Shown one piece after another: positions 17,768 to 25,698 of a stretch of DNA of 48,939 bases. Made by a program: the position numbers and the translations under genes. The DNA comes from an uncultured Collinsella sp. GTDB lineage: Bacteria; Actinomycetota; Coriobacteriia; Coriobacteriales; Coriobacteriaceae. The notes under the pieces were generated by a model. It worked only from the letters and a program-made list of their open reading frames with translations. It did no database searches and was not told the origin of the DNA. The DNA lies in contig CAUHIY010000001.1 in NCBI GenBank assembly GCA_959606405.1, positions 1 through 48,939 on the forward strand, in the 5' to 3' direction. Positions within the stretch are counted from its first letter, which is position 1. Each line of letters begins with the position of its first letter.

Positions 17768-20350
17768 GTGTCTGATCAACAGCAAGAAAACGAAATAACG
17801 ACGACGCAAGCCGCTCCCGCTGCACCGGTTGCGTCGGACCAGGTCGCGGCGCCCGCGCAAGCCTCGGCTCCTGAGACGCCTAAGGCTGCTTCGACGCCTA
17901 CGCCTGTAGCGGCTGAGAAGGCCGTGTCTGCAACTGGTGAGGAGGCTGCTCCGGCAAAGCCCAAGCGTACGCGCCGCGCGGCCAAGCCTGCCGATGACGG
18001 CGAGGAGGTCACCAAGCCCAAGCGCCGTACCACGCGCACGACGCGCGCCAAGCGTACCGTTGCAGCTGACTCCTCGGCGCCGATTTCCGATGAGGTCGCG
18101 CAGGCACGTGCGTTGGCGCAGATTAGCGAGGCTCAGGTGGTGCGCGCCCGCCGTCGTGCTGCCGAGCGTGAGGCCGCGGCTCTGACCGAGCTTGCAGCTC
18201 CGTTTGTGCCCGAGACGCCTGCCGCCACCGAGACCCCTGTCGCCGACCAGCCAACCGAGAAGCCGGTACCGCGCACACGCCGTCGCACGGCTGCTAAGGC
18301 CGAGCAGGTTGCCGATCAGGTAACCCCCGAGCTCGCTGAGGCTTCGGTCCGTTCCGCGGCAGGGGAGGGCACATCGCCTGTTGAGCCCGCTGCGCCTGTC
18401 GAGGCCAGCGAAGTTCCCGTTGTCGATCCGGCTTTGCGCCCGCACCGTCGCGGTCGCAAGCCCAAGGCTTTCGTCGAGGCCGAGAAGGCCGCAGCCGCAG
18501 CCGCCGCCGCTCGGGATGCTGCGGCGACCGCCGAGCCTGCAACCGCTGCCGACGCGCCCGTCCAGGATGCTACGACTTCCGAGGCCGTTTCTGCCGATGT
18601 CGAGCCCGCCGACGTCCGTCCTGGTCGCAGCCATCGTACTGCTGCTAAGCGCACGTCCAAGGCCAAGGCTGCCAAGAAGGGTGCGTCCGAGGTTTCCGCC
18701 GAGACGACCGCCGATGCATCGACTGATGCCGCCGAGCCCCAAGACGTCGAACAGTCTGCGTCCGAGAAGCCCAAGCGCGGTCGCAAGAAGTCCGCTAAGG
18801 CCAAGGCCGTCGAGCAGCATGCCGAGGCCGAGCCGCAGGGCGATTCCAATGCCGAGGCCAGCGATGATGCTTCGGCTAACGAAGACGCCTCCGCAACCGA
18901 TGGCACCGCCCCCGTCGAGACCGAAGAGAGCGCTCGCCCCAACCGCCGTCAGCACAAGCGCAACGACGAGCGTAATGACCGCAACGAGCGCAAGGACGAG
19001 CGTAACAACGATCGCCGCAACCGTCAGCGCGACCGCAAGCAGCGCAATAAGGAGCGCAATGCCGCTCCCACCGAGCCCACGCTTTCGCGCGAGGAGCTCG
19101 CGGCCATGAAGGTCGCCGAGCTGCGCGAGAAGGCCAAGGAGTTCGAGATTGAGACGACCGGCAAGAAGAAAGCCGAGCTCGTCGAGGAGATCTACGTCAC
19201 CGCCGCGAAGGCCGAGGGCTTCCGCGACATCAAGGGCATCCTGCAGATTCGTCCGGACAGCTCCGGTATCATCCATGCCCATGGCTACATGAAGTCCAAC
19301 GACGACGCCTTCGTGCCCGCCTACCTCATCCGCTCCGCGCGTCTGCGCACGGGCGACGTCATCGAGGGCTCGCTTCGTCCTTCGCGCGGCGGCGACAAGC
19401 GCGCCGGCCTCGCCAAAATCACGACCGTCAACGGTCTAGACCCCGAGCAGATTCGCAACCGCCCCAAGTTCGGTGACCTCACCCCGGTCTATCCCAACGA
19501 GCCGCTGCGCATGGAGCATGGCAAGGATTCCATTACCGGTCGCGCCATCGACATCGTGTCGCCGATCGGCAAGGGTCAGCGTGGCTTGATCGTGTCCCCG
19601 CCCAAGGCCGGCAAGACCACAATCCTCAAGAAGATCTGCCAGTCTATCTCGATTAACAACCCCGAGGTGCACCTCATCTGCCTGCTCGTCGACGAGCGCC
19701 CCGAAGAGGTCACCGATATGCAGCGTTCCATCAAGGGCGAGGTTGTGGCGTCGACCTTCGATATGCCCGCCGACAACCACACTCGCGTGGCAGAGCTCGT
19801 CATCGAGCGCGCCAAGCGCATCGTGGAGCTGGGCGGCGATGTTGTGGTGGTGCTCGACTCCATCACGCGTCTTGCCCGCGCCTACAACTTGGCGGCGCCC
19901 GCCTCAGGCCGCATCCTTTCGGGCGGCGTCGATTCGGCGGCACTGTATCCGCCCAAGCGCTTCCTGGGCGCAGCCCGCAATATCGAGAACGGTGGCTCGC
20001 TCACCATCCTGGCCTCTGCCCTCATCGACACCGGTTCCAAGATGGACGAGGTCATCTTTGAGGAGTTCAAGGGCACCGGCAACATGGAGCTCAAGCTCGA
20101 CCGCGACCTGGCCGACCGCCGCATCTTCCCGGCTATCGACCCCGTTGCCTCCGGTACGCGTAACGAGGACCTGTTGGTCGACGAGCAGATGCGTCCGTTT
20201 GTCTTTGGCCTGCGTCGCATTCTTGCCGGCATGAACAACACCGAGCGCGCGGCCGCATCGTTTATCAAGGGTCTTAAGGGCACCAACACCAACCAGGAGT
20301 TCCTGGTGCGTTCGGCCAAAAAGCACAGCGACTACGAGCAGACGTTCTAG
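17768..20350 (+). CDS. rho: Transcription termination factor Rho with a long low-complexity N-terminal extension
   Basis: C-terminal half has PIGKGQRGLIVSPPKAGKT, LVDERPEEVTDM, DSITRLARAYN and FEEFKGTGNME; about 430 aa A/E/P/K/R-rich N-terminus; GTG start. Confidence 0.96.
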   Translation: MSDQQQENEITTTQAAPAAPVASDQVAAPAQASAPETPKAASTPTPVAAEKAVSATGEEAAPAKPKRTRRAAKPADDGEEVTKPKRRTTRTTRAKRTVAADSSAPISDEVAQARALAQISEAQVVRARRRAAEREAAALTELAAPFVPETPAATETPVADQPTEKPVPRTRRRTAAKAEQVADQVTPELAEASVRSAAGEGTSPVEPAAPVEASEVPVVDPALRPHRRGRKPKAFVEAEKAAAAAAAARDAAATAEPATAADAPVQDATTSEAVSADVEPADVRPGRSHRTAAKRTSKAKAAKKGASEVSAETTADASTDAAEPQDVEQSASEKPKRGRKKSAKAKAVEQHAEAEPQGDSNAEASDDASANEDASATDGTAPVETEESARPNRRQHKRNDERNDRNERKDERNNDRRNRQRDRKQRNKERNAAPTEPTLSREELAAMKVAELREKAKEFEIETTGKKKAELVEEIYVTAAKAEGFRDIKGILQIRPDSSGIIHAHGYMKSNDDAFVPAYLIRSARLRTGDVIEGSLRPSRGGDKRAGLAKITTVNGLDPEQIRNRPKFGDLTPVYPNEPLRMEHGKDSITGRAIDIVSPIGKGQRGLIVSPPKAGKTTILKKICQSISINNPEVHLICLLVDERPEEVTDMQRSIKGEVVASTFDMPADNHTRVAELVIERAKRIVELGGDVVVVLDSITRLARAYNLAAPASGRILSGGVDSAALYPPKRFLGAARNIENGGSLTILASALIDTGSKMDEVIFEEFKGTGNMELKLDRDLADRRIFPAIDPVASGTRNEDLLVDEQMRPFVFGLRRILAGMNNTERAAASFIKGLKGTNTNQEFLVRSAKKHSDYEQTF

Positions 20351-20387
20351 GTTGTCATCCACGCACAGCGATAGTCATCAATGCAAT

Positions 20388-20419
20388 AAAGGGTCGGGGC
20401 TTTGAGCCTCGGCCCTTTT
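20388..20419 (+). terminator. rho terminator
   Basis: AAAGGGTCGGGGC-TTTGA-GCCTCGGCCCTTTT. Confidence 0.75.
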
Positions 20420-20661
20420 CTATATTGCCGCTCCGCGCTTTTTTGACCATAAGACTGGCAAGCAGCAGGTTTCCCGTTTCAATCCGACATCGTCGCTTGC
20501 AATCGACAGGGCGGTTTCGCATAATAGCTTTTAAGCTTCGCGACGGAAAACGCAGATGAAACGAACCATATACCGTTGCTTTGGGGCATAGCCCCGCTTC
20601 ATCTTCTCTCGCGCAGCCAACTGAATGATGCGATTTGGGTGCTGGAAGATGGGGAGAGCTC

Positions 20662-22062
20662 ATGGCTTCTTCTGATGCAACACAACGAGCAGTCCTTGCC
20701 GGACTTTCGTGCGGGATCGGCCTTGCCGCTCCCGTGGTTATGTATGCCGCGACGCTGCCGTTTTCGTCTGTGAACGAGAAGGTCGTGGCGGGTGCGGTTC
20801 CCTTCGCCGTGGGCGCGGTGGCGGGCGTGGGCATCTATGCCGCCTCGCTGGGTATCTCCGAGTATCGTGCGCAGCGTGAAGAGCGTCTGTTCCAGCCCGA
20901 TGCCATGGGCGGTGCCGCCAATCTCAATCAGCATCAAAGCGAGTTCAAGACCGCCTCGATTCCAGCTCAGCAGCAGGATGCGACTCCTTACGCTGCGGCT
21001 TCTGATTCTCAGGCTCAGGCGGAGCAGTCTACCTCGGCATTCCTTTCCGGCCTGACTGGTGCGTTCCAGCGCCGTCATGCCGATGATGGTGTCCCTACCA
21101 TCGCTCGAGCCGCAGATGCTATGGACGAGGACGAGGCTTGGTCCATGATCGACAGTATGCTTGACGACGATTCGCCGGTGAGCTGCGACCCTGCACACTC
21201 GCGCGACGTCTATCAAGTCGCCATCGACGAGCTCACCAACGGCGGGCAGACCGGCTCCTTCAATCGCGACGACATCGCCGCCGCGGCACGCGCCGTGTCT
21301 GGCTCCCAGGCCGCCCCTGCGGGCAGCACGGCGGCTTTCGTGGCACTCGTCGCCAACGCGGCAGCCAATAACGCCTACAGCGCTACCTCGGCGGACGCGA
21401 ACGCTTCTGCCGACAATTCGTACGTTGATGAAGCCATGGCCGCGGACGAGGAGGCCGTTGCCGCCCGCCGTGCCGCCGAAAGCTCGCTGTGGGGCGCTCC
21501 TGCCCAGCAGCAGGCGGCTGAGGCTGCGCCGTACAATGTAAACCTCGCCAGCATGCCTATCATCTCCGGTGCCGCGGATATCGATTTCGATGACCTCGAT
21601 GAGCCTGCAGCCATCACCGCATCGATTGATGCCCAAGATCGCATCGACACCGGCGACCTTCCGGATGCCTCACTCGAGGTTGATGTCCCCATGGCTGATT
21701 ACTCGGGCCACGAGGACATGTGGGCCGCCGCCACCGCGATTCTGGATGAGATTGACGAGCCTGCTCCTGTTGCAGCCCCCGCTCCCGTCGCTGCCCCTCA
21801 GCCTGCTGCCCCCGCCTATGTCGGCCGTCACAGTGCTGTGTTCCCCGAGGATACTGCCCGTATCTCGCGCGAGAGCATCGAGCGGGCCGAGGCTATTGCC
21901 GCCGGCATTATGGAAAACCGTCGTCACGAGCGCGTCAATCAGATCCTCGAGGAAGAGATCGAGCGCCTGCAGTCCTCAACCGCCAAGCGTACGGGCCGTG
22001 CCTATCTGAGCGTTATCGAGGGCGGTACCGCCAGCTTCGCGCCGCTCCGCGCGGAGGCATAA
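20662..22062 (+). CDS. Hypothetical membrane protein: two N-terminal hydrophobic segments, long acidic tail
   Basis: GGGGAG RBS before ATG 20662; host-like codon usage; Ala/Asp-rich tail ending YLSVIEGGTASF. Confidence 0.75.
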   Translation: MASSDATQRAVLAGLSCGIGLAAPVVMYAATLPFSSVNEKVVAGAVPFAVGAVAGVGIYAASLGISEYRAQREERLFQPDAMGGAANLNQHQSEFKTASIPAQQQDATPYAAASDSQAQAEQSTSAFLSGLTGAFQRRHADDGVPTIARAADAMDEDEAWSMIDSMLDDDSPVSCDPAHSRDVYQVAIDELTNGGQTGSFNRDDIAAAARAVSGSQAAPAGSTAAFVALVANAAANNAYSATSADANASADNSYVDEAMAADEEAVAARRAAESSLWGAPAQQQAAEAAPYNVNLASMPIISGAADIDFDDLDEPAAITASIDAQDRIDTGDLPDASLEVDVPMADYSGHEDMWAAATAILDEIDEPAPVAAPAPVAAPQPAAPAYVGRHSAVFPEDTARISRESIERAEAIAAGIMENRRHERVNQILEEEIERLQSSTAKRTGRAYLSVIEGGTASFAPLRAEA

Positions 22063-22069
22063 CTTCTGC

Positions 22070-22519
22070 ATGGTTAAGATCAATCGAAAATGGGCGGTTG
22101 TAACCTGCCTGATGGCGCTCTTGATCTGGGGCAATTCGCTGGTTCCCGGCTCGGGGTCGGGCTCGCTGAGCCTAACGGTTATGGAAGCTATCCGCGGTTT
22201 CCTGCACGGCGTGGGACTTCCATATGAATGGGTGACCAACTTTGTTGTTCGCAAGTGCGCGCATTTTACCGAGTATATGGTGCTCGGCATCTTGGCAACG
22301 CACGCCTTTGATTTTGAGGGCCGGCGCACCTTTGACGTGCTGCTGCCCACGGCGGTGTTCCTGCTGCTGATTCCCTCGATCGACGAGACGATTCAGCTCT
22401 TTGTGCCGGGACGCGCCGGCATGATCACCGATGTGATGATCGACTGCTGTGGAGCGGCAACGGGCGTTGTGCTCCGATATCTCTTACGGTGGCTGATGTG
22501 CGCCAAAAAAGCCGCCTAG
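22070..22519 (+). CDS. VanZ-family membrane protein
   Basis: VRKCAHFTEY..LG and DETIQLFVPGR....DV.ID. Confidence 0.9.
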   Translation: MVKINRKWAVVTCLMALLIWGNSLVPGSGSGSLSLTVMEAIRGFLHGVGLPYEWVTNFVVRKCAHFTEYMVLGILATHAFDFEGRRTFDVLLPTAVFLLLIPSIDETIQLFVPGRAGMITDVMIDCCGAATGVVLRYLLRWLMCAKKAA

Positions 22520-22551
22520 GACGTATTGTTTGGTCCTAGGCGGCCTTTTTT
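22505..22551. terminator. Bidirectional terminator between the vanZ-like and ROK genes
   Basis: AAAAAAGCCGCCTAGGAC...GTCCTAGGCGGCCTTTTT. Confidence 0.75.
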
Positions 22552-22633
22552 ATTTGAGGGGTTATATGAGGCGTGGTGGCGTCGTTCCGTAGGTTGGATT
22601 TGCCGAGCGCGCCACGCCCTGTGGGTGCGTCTG

Positions 22634-23524
22634 CTACTGAAGCGCCTGTGCGCCCAGGGCCAGGCAGCCCATGATGCCCTGCTTGCCCTCGAGGCTGTTG
22701 TTGACAATATAGGAATCGATGTCGTTGACCTCGGGCGTGACGATATAGCCGTTGAGCATCTCGGCGCACTTTTTGCGTGCGAGCGGCACGATGGGGGTGT
22801 GGTCGGCCACGCCGCCGCCGATGATGATCTTTTGCGGCGCGTAGCACAGCGTGTAGGTCATGAGCGCCTGTGCCAGATAGCCGGCGAGCAGGTCCATGGC
22901 CTCCGGGTCATCGGCCATGTCTCCAGCGCTCTTGCCATCCCAGCGCTTTTTAACGCCGGGGCCGGCGATGAGGCCCTCTAGGCAGTTGTCGTGGAAGGGG
23001 CAGGCGCTGTGCTCGCCAATGGTGTCGCGCGGGTCGCGCGTGACCAGGATGTGGCCGGCCTCGGGATGCATCATGCCGTGTACGAGCTTACCGCCCGAGA
23101 GCACGCCGGCGCCCACACCGGTGCCGATGGTCAGGTAGACCACATCGGTAAGGCCCTGGGCGCAACCAAAGGTGACCTCGCCCAGGCAGGCGACGTTGAC
23201 GTCGGTGTCGTAGCCGCAGGGAATATTGAGCTCGTTTTGGATGGTGCCCAGCAGGTCGAAGTAGCGCCATGCCGTTTTGGGCGTCTCCAGGATCTTGCCG
23301 TATTGGGACGAGGCAGGGTTGACTGCGGTGGGGCCAAAGGCGCCGATGCCCAGCGCGGCGATGCCCTTGTCGGCAAACCATGCATTGACGGCCTCAACGG
23401 TCTCCTGCGGGGTCGTGGTCGCGATCTGCTCACGCTCCAGGACCGTACCGTCTGCATAGCCCGTGGCGCAGACCATCTTGGTGCCGCCGGCCTCGAGCGC
23501 TCCGATAAGCTGCTGTTCTGCCAT
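22634..23524 (-). CDS. ROK-family sugar kinase (fructokinase-like)
   Basis: EAGGTKMVCA, TDVNVA.LGE, YLTIGTGVG and HPEAGH...CPFHDNCLEG. Confidence 0.9.
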   Translation of the reverse strand: MAEQQLIGALEAGGTKMVCATGYADGTVLEREQIATTTPQETVEAVNAWFADKGIAALGIGAFGPTAVNPASSQYGKILETPKTAWRYFDLLGTIQNELNIPCGYDTDVNVACLGEVTFGCAQGLTDVVYLTIGTGVGAGVLSGGKLVHGMMHPEAGHILVTRDPRDTIGEHSACPFHDNCLEGLIAGPGVKKRWDGKSAGDMADDPEAMDLLAGYLAQALMTYTLCYAPQKIIIGGGVADHTPIVPLARKKCAEMLNGYIVTPEVNDIDSYIVNNSLEGKQGIMGCLALGAQALQ

Positions 23525-23597
23525 AGTATTCCTCTCTCTGGGACGAGTTGCTCCGTGACTAAAGTATAGGGCTCTAAACCATTTAAGAAAGCGCTAT

Positions 23598-23640
23598 AAA
23601 AAGAAGCCTCGCAACGTGGCGGGCGGTGCGAGGCTTCTTT
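23598..23640 (-). terminator. Terminator after the aminotransferase gene
   Basis: AAAGAAGCCTCGCA...TGCGAGGCTTCTTT with an A-run on the left. Confidence 0.7.
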
Positions 23641-23665
23641 GGCTACTTTAGCTGCCGGGCCGTCC

Positions 23666-24847
23666 TTACCCGCGCGGCTTGATTTTATCACGTAGAGACT
23701 TGAGGTTCTCCAGTGCCGCGTTAAGCGTCTCGTCCCGCTTGGCAAAGTGGAAACGAATCAGATGGTTGACGGGCTCGCGGAAGAAGCTCGAGCCGGGCAC
23801 GGCGCCCACGCCCACCTTGGATGCGAGGTCCTCGCAGAATTCGAGGTCGCTGTCATAGCCAAACTCAGAGATGTCCATCATGACGTAGTAGGCGCCCTGC
23901 GGCACGTTATGCTCAAGACCGATGCTATCGAGCCCCTGGCAGAACAAGTCGCGTTTGGCGGTGTAGAGGTCGAGGACCTCATCGTAATAGCTGTCGTCGA
24001 AGTTGAGGGCGGTGACAACGGCTTCCTGCAGGGGAGCGGCGGCACCTACGGTGAGAAAGTCGTGGACCTTCTTGATGCGCTCGGTGATCTGGGCCGGGGC
24101 AATGGTGTAGCCCAGGCGCCAGCCAGTAATGGAGTAGGTCTTAGACAGCGAGCTGCAGCTGATGGTGCGCTCGAACATGCCAGGCAGCGTGGCCATGTAG
24201 ACGTGCTCATGGGGTGCGTAGACGATGTGCTCGTATACTTCGTCGGTGATGCAGTAGGCGTCGTACTTTTTGCAGAGGTCGGCGATAAAGGTGAGTTCCT
24301 CGCGCGTAAAGACCTTGCCGCAGGGGTTGGAAGGGTTGCACAGGACGATGGCCTTGGGGTCGTTGTCGCGGAAGGCTGCCTCGAGCGTCTCGCGGTCAAA
24401 GTCGAATGTGGGCGGGTTGAGCGGCGCATAGATGGGCTCGGCACCCGAGAGAATGGTGTCAGCGCCGTAGTTCTCGTAGAACGGCGAGAAGATGACGACC
24501 TTGTCTCCGGGGTTCGTAACCGTCATCATGGCGGCCATCATGGCCTCGGTGGAGCCGCAGGTGACCACGATATTCTGGTTGGGGTCGATCGGCATGCCCA
24601 TAAAGTGCTCCTGTTTGGCGGCGAGCGCCTCGCGCATGGCCTGGGAGCCCCAGGTAATGGAGTACTGGTGGTAGAGCGGCTTGGGGTCGGCGGCGATGGT
24701 ACTCAGGCTGTTGAGCAGCTGCGCCGGAGGATCGAAGTCGGGGAAGCCCTGCGAGAGATTGACGGCATCGTACTTATTGGAGATGCGTGTCATGCGGCGG
24801 ATGACCGAATCGGTAAATGTTGCCGTGCGGTTGGAGAGTTCTTTCAT
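23666..24847 (-). CDS. PLP-dependent aminotransferase, class I/II
   Basis: NLSQGFPDF, NPSNPCG, DEVYEH and SLSKTYSITGWRLG. Confidence 0.93.
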   Translation of the reverse strand: MKELSNRTATFTDSVIRRMTRISNKYDAVNLSQGFPDFDPPAQLLNSLSTIAADPKPLYHQYSITWGSQAMREALAAKQEHFMGMPIDPNQNIVVTCGSTEAMMAAMMTVTNPGDKVVIFSPFYENYGADTILSGAEPIYAPLNPPTFDFDRETLEAAFRDNDPKAIVLCNPSNPCGKVFTREELTFIADLCKKYDAYCITDEVYEHIVYAPHEHVYMATLPGMFERTISCSSLSKTYSITGWRLGYTIAPAQITERIKKVHDFLTVGAAAPLQEAVVTALNFDDSYYDEVLDLYTAKRDLFCQGLDSIGLEHNVPQGAYYVMMDISEFGYDSDLEFCEDLASKVGVGAVPGSSFFREPVNHLIRFHFAKRDETLNAALENLKSLRDKIKPRG

Positions 24848-24957
24848 GCCGGTCCTTTCGAGGATTTGCAGTGGGGCAAGTTTACTCCTATGGAACCGGT
24901 GGGAATTGCTCGAAACGCGCTCGAAAAACTCTTTTCAAAATTCTTGAAAATTGGGGC

Positions 24958-24986
24958 TTGCATCGCGTGGCGTTCCTTGCAATAAT
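24958..24986 (+). promoter_or_regulatory. Promoter of the tRNA His-Lys-Lys operon
   Basis: TTGCAT, 17 bp spacer, AATAAT. Confidence 0.55.
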
Positions 24987-25012
24987 AGTCGAGCGCGAAG
25001 CGCACAGGACAC

Positions 25013-25090
25013 GGTGGGTGTAGCTCAGTTGGCTAGAGCGACGGGTTGTGGTCCCGTAGGTCGAGGGTTCGAGTCCCTTTACCCACCCCA
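25013..25090 (+). tRNA. tRNA-His (GTG) with encoded G-1 and CCA
   Basis: Anticodon arm ACGGG-TTGTGGT-CCCGT, GTTCGAG T-loop, 3' end CCCA. Confidence 0.95.
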
Positions 25091-25112
25091 GTTCTTGCTT
25101 CGTGTTGATATC

Positions 25113-25188
25113 GGGTCGTTAGCTCAGTTGGTAGAGCAGGGGACTCTTAATCCCAAGGTCCAGGGTTCGACCCCCTGACGGCCCACCA
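25113..25188 (+). tRNA. tRNA-Lys (CTT), copy 1
   Basis: GGGTCGTTAGCTCAGTTGGTAGAGC, anticodon loop CTCTTAA, 3' end ACCA. Confidence 0.96.
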
Positions 25189-25231
25189 CACGGTATCTCC
25201 TCTAAAGTCCGCCACAACGGACTTTAGCTTT

Positions 25232-25307
25232 GGGTCGTTAGCTCAGTTGGTAGAGCAGGGGACTCTTAATCCCAAGGTCCAGGGTTCGAACCCCTGACGG
25301 CCCACCA
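25232..25307 (+). tRNA. tRNA-Lys (CTT), copy 2
   Basis: Identical to copy 1 except one T-loop base (TTCGAAC vs TTCGACC). Confidence 0.96.
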
Positions 25308-25572
25308 AAGCATTGTAAAGCGACTAGCTTCGGCTGGTCGCTTTTTTGTTGACCTTGCATGGGGTCGAACCCGTCGGGGCGCGGAGCTGAGGAAATGCGT
25401 AAGCATTTACCAGCGCAGCGCGCAAGGCGCAAAGCGCCGTAGCGGCCGCCTGCAAAGCAGGCTGACCCCCTGACGGCCCACCAAAGCATGTTAAGACGGT
25501 CAGCGAAAGTTGGCCGTCTTTTTTGTTGGCCTTTCATGGGGTCGAACCCGAAAGGGCGCGGAGCTGAGGAAA
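25291..25572 (+). repeat. tRNA-Lys 3'-end-linked tandem repeat, 176-bp period, about 1.6 units
   Basis: CCCCTGACGGCCCACCAAAGCAT at 25291 and 25467, each followed by a terminator, then TTTTTTGTTG, CATGGGGTCGAACCCG and GGGCGCGGAGCTGAGGAAA. Confidence 0.85.
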
Positions 25573-25698
25573 CTGCACCGTGATTCCCTTAGGGAAACAC
25601 GGCTAAAGCCCCATAAACGTTCTCTCCTTATGAGAATTATGCTCACGGGGCTCGATTCATGTTGAGGAGTTGTGATCAAACTCAAAGTGAGAATCGAT

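Noticed and set aside
24932..24952. TTTTCAAAATTCTTGAAAA palindrome as a CodY box
   Set aside because: Several mismatches to AATTTTCWGAAAATT, and an AT-rich UP element of the tRNA promoter explains it equally well.
25465..25483. A third tRNA-Lys gene or a prophage attR
   Set aside because: Only the last 19 nt or so are present, and the enclosed DNA is 176 bp with no integrase; it is treated as a tRNA-linked repeat instead.
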